A stretch of DNA of 64,000 bases from the NCBI RefSeq assembly GCF_009834535.1, contig NC_045696.1:11782001-11846000 (forward strand), read 5' to 3'. Of this stretch, positions 1-12,379 are shown piece after piece (the first letter of the stretch is position 1; every line of letters begins with the position of its first letter). Made by a program: the position numbers and the translations under genes. This stretch comes from Camelus ferus (Eukaryota). Below the pieces are notes generated by a model, which saw nothing but the letters and a program-made list of their open reading frames with translations, made no database searches and was not told the origin of the DNA.

Positions 1-55
1 AGATACATGAATGGGAAGTGTCTGTGGGGAGGAGGAACCATCATTTTTTCCTTCA

Positions 56-98
<43 letters not shown>
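56..98. repeat. (TTG)n microsatellite, ~14 units
   Basis: Perfect trinucleotide run. Confidence 0.97.
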
Positions 99-929
99 AG
101 CTATTTGTAGAGTGTAGCCAGTGCACAGAGCATGAAAGAAAATGTTTTCTTCCAGCTAAGAACCTTTGTCAGTTTACTGGTATCTCACGTCGCCCTTGCT
201 GAGACATTCAGGTTCATTTATTTAGCTTTAAGAGGACATCAGTCAGTCCTTGCAAAATGCCAAGGAAAGCAGAAGGACTGCATGGCTGAGGCTCATTTCT
301 CCTGGCTGTGGACTGACTTTATTTTGCATAATTAATGGTGAATAACTCAGACAGCATCCCTTTGTAGGCATGAATTTCCAACCCAAGAACATCTTTCAGC
401 TCTGAGCATTGTTGAACTGAATGTTGCTATGAAACTGTGGCTATTTATTCCTCCACGATGTTTTCCTAAAGAACTGTGATGGGGCTCTGGTAACAGAGCT
501 TATTTTTTCATAGCTACACAATCATTTTTATTCTCTCTTCTTTAAAAGAAGAAGAAGGAAAAATACCCCCACCATTTTATAACATTTCCCGTGAACACAT
601 TAGAATGTTAGACGGGTGATGCACGCCAGAAGTCTTGGCAGCGTAGGAGCCCTTTCCACTGTTTAATCTGTTTTAGTCTGATGTGGTAGAAAGTAGATTT
701 GCCTTGAAGACCCAGAGACCATCAAGATTTCACTGAATGCTCCAGTTGTGTGATAAAGGGTTAACCCCCCCCCCGCCTTAAACTCTTGGAAACTTCTTGG
801 AAGAATAGATGCAGATACATGGTTTTAGAGTAAATATGTTAACAATATCATCTTCAGCCAATACCTTGGTGCATGTCTATTTCACAACAGAGATGTGTAT
901 AGGGAACTTCTCTTGGTTTTGCTTGCCTG

Positions 930-1405
930 TGATCCATTCCTTCTTTTTCAACTGAAATAATTCAGTTTTCCTTGGGGACCCACGCTTCTCCAGAGGTGAC
1001 AGTCAAAACAACTAGAATGGTGTGGGTACTACCATGCCTGACCAATCAGGATCCATGTTGACTGTAACAGCCCCTGAGCCCAGCCTTCCTCAATGGATAC
1101 ACTTTCAGTGAGTCTTGAAATCAAGATGCCCTGCCCTTCCTTCTCCAGGAGCCAGGCATGAACCGAGAGAGGCTACATGGAGTCTCTGTCCTGAGAATTT
1201 GCATGTTGATCAGTGACATGGGCAGGGCTGGGAACAGTTGGCACACATGTGTCCTGAAGATGTTACCCTGGAAACATCAGTTTTCCTAAGCTTTTTCTTT
1301 GATTCTATAACCTACCACCATGTCCATCCAATTTTTTTTTTTTTTTTTTGCTTATATTTCCCGGAATTCATTTCTGTTGCTTGCAACCAAGGAACTCTAA
1401 GATAG
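930..1405 (+). mobile_element. Ancient ERVL-type LTR remnant (LTR16-like)
   Basis: CCTGACCAATCAG motif and 3' end TTTCTGTTGCTTGCAACCAAGGAACTCTAA; boundaries uncertain. Confidence 0.4.
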
Positions 1406-1766
1406 TTCAGAAAATAAACTAGTAAAACAAATTTTCTGTAATGGAAGGAATCCTGTTTCTCTGGGTAATTGTATTGTAAAATTGTAGAAATAATTCTGTG
1501 GAAGAAGTAAAAGCCTTTATAAGAATACATAGGAAATACAATGAAAATGAAGTTAAGGAAAGCTGAGTTTGGGGTAAAACACTCAGTTTACTTACTGGTG
1601 TGACAAAGGACTTGAAACATGGACAGTAGAGTTGCTAAGCTTTCTGTGGGTTGCTGTCCCGACGGGGGTTGTTGTTGTTGTTATTGTTGTTTTAATTTCT
1701 TTAAAATAGCTTCCTACTTGGAGAATTCCCCTTTGACCTTAAGTCAGTAGATTAAATCCTCCAGAA

Positions 1767-1905
1767 CATGGTTCTTGAACTACAATGCACATATAAATCG
1801 CCTGGAGGGTCTTATTAAAATGTAGCCTGATTCTACATTTCCATCAAGCTCCCAGTGATGACAATCAATCCTGCTGGCCATAGGACCGCAATTTGAACAG
1901 CGAGG
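1767..1905. mobile_element. MER5-family hAT MITE
   Basis: TGGTTCTTGAACT...AATCGCCTGGAGGGTCTTATTAAAATG...CTGCTGGCCATAGGACCGCAATTTGAACAGC. Confidence 0.7.
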
Positions 1906-2324
1906 CTCCAGGTCAGAAGATTTCGCTCCAGCCCAGATTTCTCAGATTCCCTGTTTAGGGGTTCCAGACTCTTTTCGTCTGTGTAGAGCACAGGTGTCAT
2001 ACCGCTCCAAGCCAGCAGGTGGCACCAGCGCACTCTGAGAGTCCCCGCTGAAGTCACTCCTCCCTAAGAACCAGTAAGATACATTTCAGGAGGGTTCCTG
2101 TAATGGGAGCTTTAAGAATCTCCAAAGTACGCATATTTCATAGCATTTAGTTATAGTTTGAATCTCCAACAAAATGACGACTGAGGGGGGAATTTTTGCT
2201 AAGTATTTTCTTACCCTTTTTTTTTCCCTTTAAAACTCATCTGTCCATGCCTCACTGCAAATTTGGCTCCTTACATTTGTACCTGGAAAGTAAGAGGTGC
2301 TTTAGGAGAGCCTGCTGCAGTTCG

Positions 2325-2525
2325 GCTTTCAGAGGGCTTTCTCATGCATTATCTTACTGCTAGAAGAATCTTTACTACCATTATGGTTCCCATTTTACAG
2401 ATGAGAAAACAAAGGCACAGAGAAGAGAATTTCCTGACTTACCTGGTAGAACACAGATAGCGAGGGACAGAAATGAGATCCAACCTTGAGTTCATCTGCT
2501 CAGAAACCTCAGTCTTTACCCCACT
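2325..2525 (-). mobile_element. MIR SINE
   Basis: Core CCCATTTTACAGATGAGAAAACAAAGGCACAGAGA. Confidence 0.8.
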
Positions 2526-4401
2526 GAATATGGAGAGACAAAAAACAAACAAAAACTGCACCTGAGTTCTCTTCTGCATTAAGCCTTGGTCTTCTCAACA
2601 TTGAAAGTTAATTAATCTTTGTCAAGGATAGCAGGTTTAACTTTTAGGAATTCCTGGGTTCTTAATCAAAGGTGCTGGAATACAGAGAGTTCTGGGCATA
2701 ACTTCTCCCAAAATGCAATGATACACTTTGGATACAATCACCTGAGATTGCAAGGCTTCTACAAACATTGTATTCATTTACCATAGCCAAGGAGTCCCTG
2801 TCCTACACGTGGTATCAATGTTCCCTTTGAAAAATTTCTAGGGAGATTAGGCATTGATGCAGAGGTAACATTCTGAGTACATTTGGATTCAGGAAAAGGC
2901 TTTTTTGTACCTGAGAGGATGAGTGTTTAGGGGAGTTGATGTCTCATTTCGGAGAAACTCCCACAGGTTTTGCAGCCACAGTCAACTCTGGGGGCTACTG
3001 GCAGCCCTCTACCCCACCCCTCTCCCACCATCAAATCTGGCACAAGGAAGTTGCTGTCACCTCAAGGCCAAGCCCAGCAGATTCTTGAGCATCACGTCTC
3101 AGGGTGGGAAGGGCTCCTGTGGGTGACCTCAAGGAACCGCAGTCTCACCCACCACTTAAAGCATTTTGCAAAATGGGTTCTGTGAGATGCTGACATAGAG
3201 TATTAGGGGGGAAATGTTTCGATAGTCAAGCAAAAATAAGAAATGCTGGTTTAAACAGTCATAGAAGTTTCTTTTCCAAAGGGCTTCTTGGGGTGTTCTT
3301 GTTGGGGGCAGAGATCTGTAAGAATGGGGCTTGTGCTCCTTCCCAGTCGGGAGGGTGAGGAGCCTTTTGTTCCTGGAACATCTGACACTTACAGAAAACC
3401 CTGTGAAAACCCTGATCTAGTTCCTCTCTCCCTGCAGATGGGCCAACTTCATGGCAAGTGGCCGGCGCAAGACACAGGGCCCCAGATTGCGTTAGTGATC
3501 TGCCATCACCGTCTTAAAATTCTCAGTAAGTTTTGAACAAGGGGCTCTGCATTTGGTTTTGCACCCAAATGATGTAGCTGGCCTGGCCCATGGAGGCCCC
3601 AGAGGAGGAGAGGGAGGCCAGAGAGGAGCCGGGTCTTGGTCCATACAGTTCCTATTCTTTCTGCCTCTTTCTCTCTGCACTTTTCTTAGCTCCCTCTTCC
3701 CACCTCTGCCCTCTCCTCCCATTTTCCTTCTTTCTGCATCTTCTGTCCTCCTCTTCCTCCCCTCCTTTTGCCCTCTGTCTCTACTCATGGGCATGTGATC
3801 TTTTCTCCAGCCCAATTTTATAAATCACTAGAATAAAGCTTTCTAATGTTTCCTTATTTCCCTTTGCACTTGTCATTATGGGATGTGCTGCATACTTGAG
3901 TGAACATGCATGCTCTGCAGGATGGTCAGTTACACTGAGTGGTGCTGCTGAAATAATGCTGGATGTTACCACTCTGCTCCGGGCACTGCTGCCTTCGCTA
4001 GTTTGTATCTGGGAATTCAGAGAGAGAAGCAGAGAACAGAGAAGAAAGCAGAAATAGAACACATTTCAGTGATAATTAAAATAGCCCTTTCTGAGACTAA
4101 CAGCATCTTTTGTCTAAACTGATTACATTAATTGTTTGAAGTGAAATGTTGTTAGCATCTTCTTACAGTTAATGGAAAGGATCAGTGCGGTGCCCCTGGC
4201 GCATCAGGGGAAGAATCAGAACTGAAGATGGGTTACAGCATAGCTCACTGACAACTAGAGAAGACCTACTTACCATATACAAGGCAAACTTGCCTGCTGG
4301 CTTTCAGAGTCCTCAAAGACCACCCGTCCTGCCCAAACCTCTTTCTCCCTTTCTCCCTTACCTTCCATTGTTGTCAAAACTCTTTTTTTCTTTTTCTTTC
4401 C

Positions 4402-4403
<2 letters not shown>

Positions 4404-4431
<28 letters not shown>
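4404..4431. repeat. (TG)14 microsatellite
   Basis: Perfect dinucleotide run. Confidence 0.97.
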
Positions 4432-4432
<1 letters not shown>

Positions 4433-4461
4433 AAATAATATACATTTAAATCAATGGGATA

Positions 4462-4578
4462 GGTGGGTGGGCATAGCTCACTAGTAGAGTGTTTACGTAG
4501 CACGCATGAGGTCCTGGGTTCAATCCCCAGTACCACCATTAAAATCAGTTAATCAAACAAACCGCTATAAGGAAAAAA
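4462..4578 (+). mobile_element. tRNA-derived SINE (camelid vic-1 type)
   Basis: A-box-like TAGCTCACTAGTAGAG, B box GGTTCAATCCC, A-rich tail. Confidence 0.85.
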
Positions 4579-4609
4579 GGAGATATACTGGTTCCTTCTA
4601 ATTATGCAA

Positions 4610-5110
4610 TGTAAGGATTGGGAACGGCTTCAGGTATAGCTGGATTCAGGAGTTCAAATGAGGTCATCTAAACTCCTTTCTGGCCCCCTCCTTCTCTATG
4701 ATCCCTGCTTTCCTTTGGGACATATTTCTCTGTCCAGCTCTCTCCACATAGAGGCCAAGAGTGCCCCGGACATCTCACAGAGTACATGCTTCTTGGCTTA
4801 TGATCTAGAGAAAATGGCATTCCCCCAAGGGTTCCTAGGAAAACTGGAGGGGAGATTCAGATTGGCCCAGCCAGGTTACGAGTCATAGGTGATGAGCTCA
4901 CCCCTCAGCCAATCACAGTGACCTGGAGAATGCAGTGCACTAGGATTGGCCAGTGAGGGTCATGTGCCCACCCACGTGCTGGGCTGGTGCTGGCCCTGCT
5001 TGGCACCAGGAGGAAGAATGAACTGTTGCCCAGTACAGAGAATGGGTTCTCCCTAGGAAAGAGGGTCCCCAGTACTAGAAGGAGAGGGGATATATGTTCC
5101 ACAGACAAGC
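4610..5110 (-). mobile_element. Old ERVL-MaLR LTR (MLT1J/K-like)
   Basis: GGCTTCAGGTATAGCTGGATTCAGGAGTTCAAATGA and GATTGGCC...CCAATCAC motifs typical of old MLT1. Confidence 0.6.
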
Positions 5111-6869
5111 TGACAGCTCTGGGTGACTAGCCCTTCTAGGTCTGTCCCGTAACTCCTCGGCTTCCCCACACTTTACTGATATGTGCCTCGGAGCCTTTGT
5201 GTGGCTCCCTTCCTCCATTTCCTGGGGTCCACCCAGGCCCCCACCGGGCCGAACCTGCGATGAGCACTCAGACAGTGCTTCGTGGGCTCTTGTGGGAGCC
5301 AGCGGAATGCTGGAGAGGTTTCACAAGGGAGGCAGATCTTTTGCTGAATGGAAATAGTTGGTTCTAGTCTAGCGACTGATTTCCATCAGGCTTAGGTGAG
5401 ACTCTAGTGCTGGTCAAGGCTTTTTAGTTGAAAGGACTGGATAGACAATGAATTAGTCCAAACAGAGGGGAGTGGACTGAAAGGAGGCGAGGACAGTCTC
5501 CTAGAACCAGAGAACAGCTGAACCCCAGGGGCTCTGGATGCTGTGCGTGCTGGGAGGAGACGCAGTCCTGCTGGCGCTCTGGGGAGAGAGGGTCTCCCGT
5601 CCTCGGGTCTGTCGGTCTGGACGGGGCTCCCACTTCCCTCAGCAGCCGCTGCTGTCCGACTGCTCATCACTGTGCTCTGTGGGAAAGGCGACTGCCCGGC
5701 CTGGCGCCTGCACCTTTTAATTCCCATGCCCACCCGGGGCTCTTTGCTCAGGTTTTTGAGAAAGAGAGAATACATTTGATCACTGACCAGCCAGTGCATC
5801 CGCGCTCCTTGGGCATCCCCCGTTAGTCCAGTAATCTGTTCACTGAGGTCATGCAGCACACACAGGGAGAGGGGCTCGGACGAGGGGGCGGGGGCTGGGC
5901 AGGCACCCCAAAACATGCCTCTTATGAATACATGGGGCAGCTGTTTCATGCTGTGTGGGTTAAAGCTGAGAGAAGTTGAATGACTCACACCAGGCCGCCC
6001 AGCCAGGGAGAGGCGACCCAGGTGTCTGACGGCTGCTTTTTGGCCACAGTCTAGTGAAGAGGGGATGCCCCAAGCCCTAAGCATGGATCAGCCCTCGGAA
6101 GCCGGGAGGCTGTAGAGAAGGGAGTCCAGGAAAGAGGCGGGGCTTCGGTGGGCCCCACGATGTACACTGAATGCAGACACTGGAGTGGAGAGGAGTTAAG
6201 ACCTTGGGATTTGACTGGGAGGGTCTTGGTGGCCTTCAGGGAAGCAGGTTCTGATGGCAGAGTTAAGGGGGAGGTGAAGAAAGGATGGAAAGAAAGTGAA
6301 TAAAAGGCGGATGCAGATTATCAGAAACAACAAATGGTGAAGCCTTGGTCCATGTTCTGGCATCATGGACTGTGGTCTCTGCTCTGCTGTATTATAAGAA
6401 ATTCCAGAATCGTGCCCTGTCCAATAGTTAAGTGACAAATGAGTGGAAGGAAGTCCTCAACTTGGTACCCAAATAAGCATTAGGTCTAAGATTCTGATCT
6501 ACTTCAGAGAAACCAGAAACTATTTGCTCAGTAGGATTTGGGTTGATAAGGTGTCCATCATTATAAACTGACTATGCTTCAATTAAAAAATTAAAAAATT
6601 AAAAACAGAAAAGATGCCCATAATAGAACAAAGTTTAATAATAACCAGACAGCTCTGTTGAAGAGGTTATTGTTGACACAGGCAAGGTCTTTTTCTAAGT
6701 TACAGGGAAGCCACTTATTTTTTGTGATATTAAATGCATTTTGCTAAGATTCTTCTTCAGTTAGCACTATTTTCAACTGCTCATAAGAGAAAATCTAAAT
6801 AATAAATATAATAAAACATAAATTTAATAAACCAGATAATACATACCTGTCTCGGTATTTTTACTGAGT

Positions 6870-7210
6870 AGGCATTTACAGGGACGGCTCAGGTGACCAA
6901 CCATGTCGTCCAGTATCCAGACTCTGTTTTTCATTTCATCCTCAGTGGTTGACTTTTCATTTGTATAACAGTCACCTCACGGTTGCAGGATGGCTGCTAC
7001 AGCCCTGGAAGAAAGGGAAATTGTGGCACTGGCAGGCCGTCTCCTTGCATTTGTCCCTTTTTATCAAGAAACCAATTATCATTTTCAGAAGCACTCCAGC
7101 AGATTTCCTAAAGTGTCAGTAAAGAGACTGGGATACTTGGCCAGTGTAGCTGCAAGAGAAGCTGGAAGTGTAGACATCCATCAAAATGGAACGTGGTATC
7201 CTTGGCATGT
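6870..7210 (-). mobile_element. Old ERVL-MaLR LTR fragment (MLT1-type)
   Basis: CACCTCACGGTTGCAGGATGGCTGCTACAGC and AGCTGCAAGAGAAGCTGGAAGTG motifs. Confidence 0.5.
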
Positions 7211-8917
7211 TCAGCTCAATCAGGATCCCCCCCAAGGGATATGCCAGGGTGGGACCCATTTCATCTGAGCAGAATCTATGATCTGTGAACAAGGAGGAAA
7301 GCATGAAGAACACCAAGAGCATCTTCACAATCACAGCTAACCTCCACTGGCAATGCCATTTTCAAGGCAGGCCTCCTCACCGGGGACATGAATGATGCTA
7401 AAGGCTTTGCACCAACGGTAGCTCATGTGCCTGGATCAAAATGACTCTAAGACGTGACATAAGTCACATGACAACACAGATCACCGGGGATGTGTCAAAA
7501 CTCCTACTTGCCACTTAACTTGGAGTCCCTTGGGTTTGCATAGAGTGCTCACTAGCAAAAGAGTAATTATTTCCAAGTGACATTTTTTACTGTTGGTTCA
7601 TGCTAAGAGTTTTGGGTTATAACAGTGTGCAATTACTCTGTAACATGTCACAAATGTCACTGATGTTGGTTTCTTTAAGAATGAAGGTGTTACTCACACC
7701 CCCGGCACCATCTGCTGGGGGCTTGTTCTGGCTGGGGTGTGTTGCACTGGGCTTGACTTCTTTTCTCCTCATTTTCAAATTCATACTCACTACTTAGCAA
7801 AGTAGTAATTGAGAGATTTGTTCATTTGGAGTTTAATAAAAGGTTATTGGATTTGTTGTTAAAAACAAAAGAGAGTTAACTTGGAAGCCACGTTCAAATA
7901 ACTGAATGTTTTTCAAAATCTAGTGTTGTCCAAACATGTGCACCCAGGGGCTGGGGGCCTGGTGAGGATCTTGGCACTTTGGTGGGTTTGTGACATGTCC
8001 AGTGACTGTGGCCTTGAAGGGATTCAGGCCGAGTGTGGCTGGACCTTCTGCTTTTTCAAAAAAAAAAAAAAAATACGGAAACCTGAAATTTTGGGAACAT
8101 CTCTCAATTTCCTGATTATTGGTAACAAAGTCTCAAAATTTTAAAATACAGACTAAACCAGATTTATAGGTCTGATTCAGTGAGAGGGTTGTCACTTTCC
8201 AACCTTAATGCAAGCCCCTCATTTGAATGGTAAGATCATGAAATCCTGGGGCGGAAAGGGAGCTGGTGCAGAAGGACAGACATTTCCCGGGGGTCCTCTC
8301 CAGGCCAGGCAGGTGCTCCCCTTCACTGAGAGGTTAGTGGTTTGCCCAGGTGAGCAGAGGCTCATGCAGACCCAGAGACTGGAGAATTTTCTCCCCTAGC
8401 TGCTGGAAAGGTTGTCCACTGACTGCTCTCAGCCAATAGCCTTCTTTGGAAACTGGTTTCACTTAAGAAAGTTGCCTCTGCAAGACACACCCATTTCTCA
8501 AGGCAGCCGGCCTGGCATGAGGCCCCCTGGTCCTGAAGGGCCAGCCCAAGTCTGAACATCCCTCTTCCTCTGCGCCATCCAGCCCTTCTCTTCCCCATGC
8601 GCTCCTGATCCCAAGGACACTGTCTACAGGCTAATCTCTAACTCAGCTCCTGCCTTCCCTGGAACATGACCTGTGGCCTTTAGCTCCTCTCTCTGTCTCC
8701 TTTCTATGTCCCAAGTAAGTGTATTTAATGAGCAAGACCAGTTTAAGATAGTAGCCATCTTTGATGAAGACATTTTCCTCATAAAGTCAGATTTTTCAAG
8801 AGATCTAATTTGGAAAAAAAAAAAAAAAACTTCACACACACCTATTAGAAATATAGCAGAATAAGGAATGTGTGTAAGAGCTACATAGGAACTTTTTTAC
8901 CCCCAGGCCAACATAAT

Positions 8918-10037
8918 CTTTTTCTTATATCTTGTGATATAACTGACATGTAACATTATATTTGTTTCAGGTATACAACACAGTGATGTGACATTTGTAC
9001 ATATTGTGAGATGATCACAAGTCCAGGTAACATCCATCACCGCACATAGTTACAAAGTATTTTTTTTCCTTATCATGAGAACTTCGCGGGTGGGACACAC
9101 TAGGGGCGTGGGGATTAACAGATGCAAACTACTATGCATAAAATAGATAAGCAACAAGGATATGCTATATATGCTATATACCACCATCTTGTAATCTTGG
9201 AGTATAATCTGCAAAAATACTAAATTGCTATGCTGTACACCTGAAACTAACACAGTATTGTAAATCAGCTCTACCGCAATTAAAAAAGAGAACTACTGTC
9301 TTTGCAACTGTCAAGTGTGCAGTACAGTATCATTAGCTCTTGTCATCTTGCTGTACATTACATCCTCAGGACTTATTGATTTTATAGTTTATTTATTTTA
9401 TAAGTCGAAGTTTGTACCTTTTGACCCTCTTTACCCATTTCCCAGACCCCACCCCTACCCCAGGCAACCACCAGTCTGTTCTCTGTGTCGATGAACTTGG
9501 TTTTGTTTGTTTCTTTGTTTTAGTTTCTGCTTATAAGCAAGATCGTACAGTATTTGTCTTTCTTGACTCATTTATTTCACTTAGCATAATGCCCTCAAGG
9601 TCTGTCCATGTTGTCTCAAATGGCAAGATTTCATTCTTTTTATGCCTGAATAATATTCCATTGTGTATCTGTAACACATTTTCTTTATCCATTCATCCAT
9701 AGATGGACATTTAGGTTGGTTCCATGTGTTGGCTCTTGTAAATATTGCTGCAATGAACATGGAGGTACAGATATCTTTTTGAGTTAGTATTTTCATTTTC
9801 TGCGGATAAATACTCAGAAGAGGAATTGCTGGATGGTACAGTAGTTCTATTTTTAATTTTTTGAGAAACTTCCACACTGTTTTCCTTAAGGGCTGCACCA
9901 ATTTACATCCCCACCAGCAGTGTACAAGGGTTCCCTTTTCTCCACATCTTTGTCAACATTTGTTATTTCTTGCCTTTTTGATGATAGCCATCCTGACAGG
10001 TGTGAGGTGATGCTATCTCTTTGTGGTTTGGATTTGC
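8918..10037 (-). mobile_element. 5'-truncated L1 (ORF2 C-terminus + 3' UTR), interrupted by a younger L1 tail
   Basis: ORF 9581-9901(-) [32 protein letters not shown]...[16 protein letters not shown] matches the L1 ORF2p C-terminus. Confidence 0.92.
9084..9287 (+). mobile_element. Nested L1 3' end fragment
   Basis: ATAAAATAGATAAGCAACAAGGAT...GCTGTACACCTGAAACTAACACAGTATTGTAAATCA plus A tail; flanking GAGAACT duplication at 9077-9083 / 9288-9294. Confidence 0.85.
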
Positions 10038-10669
10038 AGAGGAGCCTTCTCTGATGCCTGCTCAGCAGATGAACTGCCTCTTCCTCCAATATCAAGCCTG
10101 AGTGAGTTCTCAGTCCGTGTCACAAGCATCTGGTGAAACAATATTCCAGTGGCCTTGGTAAGACTGGAGGCGAAGACCTGGGTCAGAATGTCTCCACCTG
10201 TGTTAGCCACCAGGATTCTCTATAGCCCAGTCCTTAGAATCAACTCAAGAGTTGATAAGAATGATTTAAATAAACCAGGTGGAGGAAGAAAAGGCAGTGG
10301 TTGGGGATGCTGGGGATTTTGCTTCTCTCCCTAATGACTTTGTGAATAAAGGTCACTCAGTTGAGCCTTTCTTTTCTAAGTCTAAACAACCCCACTTGGA
10401 AGGGTTTATTTTATAGCACATGTTTGGAAAGGGGCTACTCATTTTTATGCATGGTGATAACAATACTGGGGTGGAGATAATAGGAGACAGGGTCCCAGCA
10501 GATAAGAATAAAAAGAAAAATCATCATCTTCCTCTATTACATTTGCAGATTCAAGCGAAAAGATAAATATCAACTGAGATTAGAATGAGAGATAATACGT
10601 ATTTTCCCAGTACTGCTAGCCAGAAATATGGTTCCCTCCTCAGCTCCAGTCACTACCTCTTGAGAATGT

Positions 10670-10840
10670 CTTTCGGCGGGGGGGGGGGGGGGGGGGTTAG
10701 GAGGGACGGACGGGAGGTAATTAAGTTTGTTTGTTTATTTATTTATTGGTATTTTTTCTTAATGGAGGTACTGGGGATTGAACCCAGGACCTTGTGCATG
10801 CTAAGCAGGCACTCTACCACTTGAGCTATACCCTACCCCC
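10670..10840 (-). mobile_element. vic-1-type tRNA SINE (copy 1 of tandem pair)
   Basis: GGAGGTACTGGGGATTGAACCCAGGACCTTGTGCATGCTAAGCAGGCACTCTACCAC.TGAGCTATACCC. Confidence 0.92.
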
Positions 10841-10846
10841 CCAAAA

Positions 10847-10982
10847 TTTTTTGGGTTTTTTTGAGGTGGGGGGGTTAGGTTTGTTTACGTATTTATTTAT
10901 CTTTTGATGGGGGTACTGGAAAGTGAACCCAGGACCTCGTTCATGCTAAGCAGGCACTCTACCACTGAGCTATACCCTCCCC
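10847..10982 (-). mobile_element. vic-1-type tRNA SINE (copy 2 of tandem pair)
   Basis: GAACCCAGGACCTCGTTCATGCTAAGCAGGCACTCTACCACTGAGCTATACCCTCCCC. Confidence 0.92.
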
Positions 10983-11860
10983 GACTACCTCTTTTACAGT
11001 ATCTCTACCTAACTGTGAACCCAAACTCAGGAAAAAGAAATTAAAGAGTAACATAAATTCTGGATGTACTTCAAACAATATTGTAATATATCATCATTTC
11101 AGGACCAGAGTTTTCCGGTCTTGGTCTGCGTGTGTTTTCATGCAGACAAGAACAAGAAGAGGAACGTTTGCCGTTTTCCCACTTAATGACCTCAAAAGTA
11201 AACATTTACCCTTTTCAGAATCTCTTACTACAAAACAAACTGACTCTCTGTCCTCTCCAAGTCATAATGGAAAGTGCAAGAGGTTTAAAGATGAGGTTTG
11301 ACTTTTGCAAATAAGAAATATTGATGAAAGCAAAGCTAAGTCAGGTCTAGAGTAAGACTGATTTGTCCGAAGCTAAGAACAATTAACTCCAAAAATTTAT
11401 TACATTTTTTCTTGAATAAGGGAGCCCTCAGTCCAAAAGAAGAATTTGAACTGGTAGACAGGTTTCTTGGAAAGGCTGATACTCAAACTCCTCTTAGCAG
11501 CAAAGGGGAAAAAGGGAATTTTAGCAAGGGAAGGAAAGAAACGGTATATACTGTTTTGATTATGGTACATGTGTCTAGATTGTTTGAGTCCAGTTCAGAC
11601 CTAAGAAGATATGATTCTGTAACTGGGATGGAAACATCCTGAAACCATGGCATCTGATAAATTTTGTCTCCCTTCCAAAAGGGTTACAGCCCAGGAAAGA
11701 GTTTTTTTATTCTAGAAGTTTGGCCTGTTTCTTCGTGAAACTGAGTTTTAAGAGTAATAGGAAAAAATAAAATCTAATAATTCTAAATTTTTTAAATGAA
11801 TAAAAATAAACACACAACTCCTAAAATGCACCTTATTTTCATTATTTCTCATAAAGTGGG

Positions 11861-12379
11861 TGTGGTAGGAAGAATACTGGCCCCCAAAGATGTCCACTTT
11901 CTAATGCCTAGAATTTGTGAATATGTTATGTTTTACATGACGAGGGATTAAGACTGTGGATAGAACTAAGGCTGCCAATCAGCTGACTTTGAAATGGGGA
12001 GATTATCCTGGATTATCCTGGTGGGCATGATACAATCACAAGGGTCCTTCAAAGTGGAAGCAGGAGGCAGTGCAGCCTCAATGTCAGACTTACTGTTGGT
12101 GAAGCAGCAAGAGAAAGATGCCATTGACCGTTGCTGGCTTTGAAGATGGAAGGGACCCACGAACCCAGGAATGTGGGCAGCCTCTAGAAGCTGGAAAAGG
12201 GGAGAGAACAAATTCTCCACGAGATCCTCAAGAAAGGAACACAGCCCTGCTGACACCTGGATTTTAGTCCTATGAGCCCCATTTCAGACTTCAGACCTTC
12301 AGAGCTGTAAGATAACCCATCTGTGTTGTTTCACTAAGTTTGTGGTAATTTGTTACCCCAGCAATGGGAAACTAATGTA
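11861..12379 (+). mobile_element. ERVL-MaLR solo LTR (MLT1D-like)
   Basis: TGTGGTAGGAAGAATACTGGCCCCCAAAGATGTCCAC...GGGAGATTATCCTGGATTATCC...GCAATGGGAAACTAAT. Confidence 0.88.

Noticed and set aside
5404..6084. 226-aa ORF on the - strand
   Set aside because: GC-rich chance ORF with no recognisable homology.
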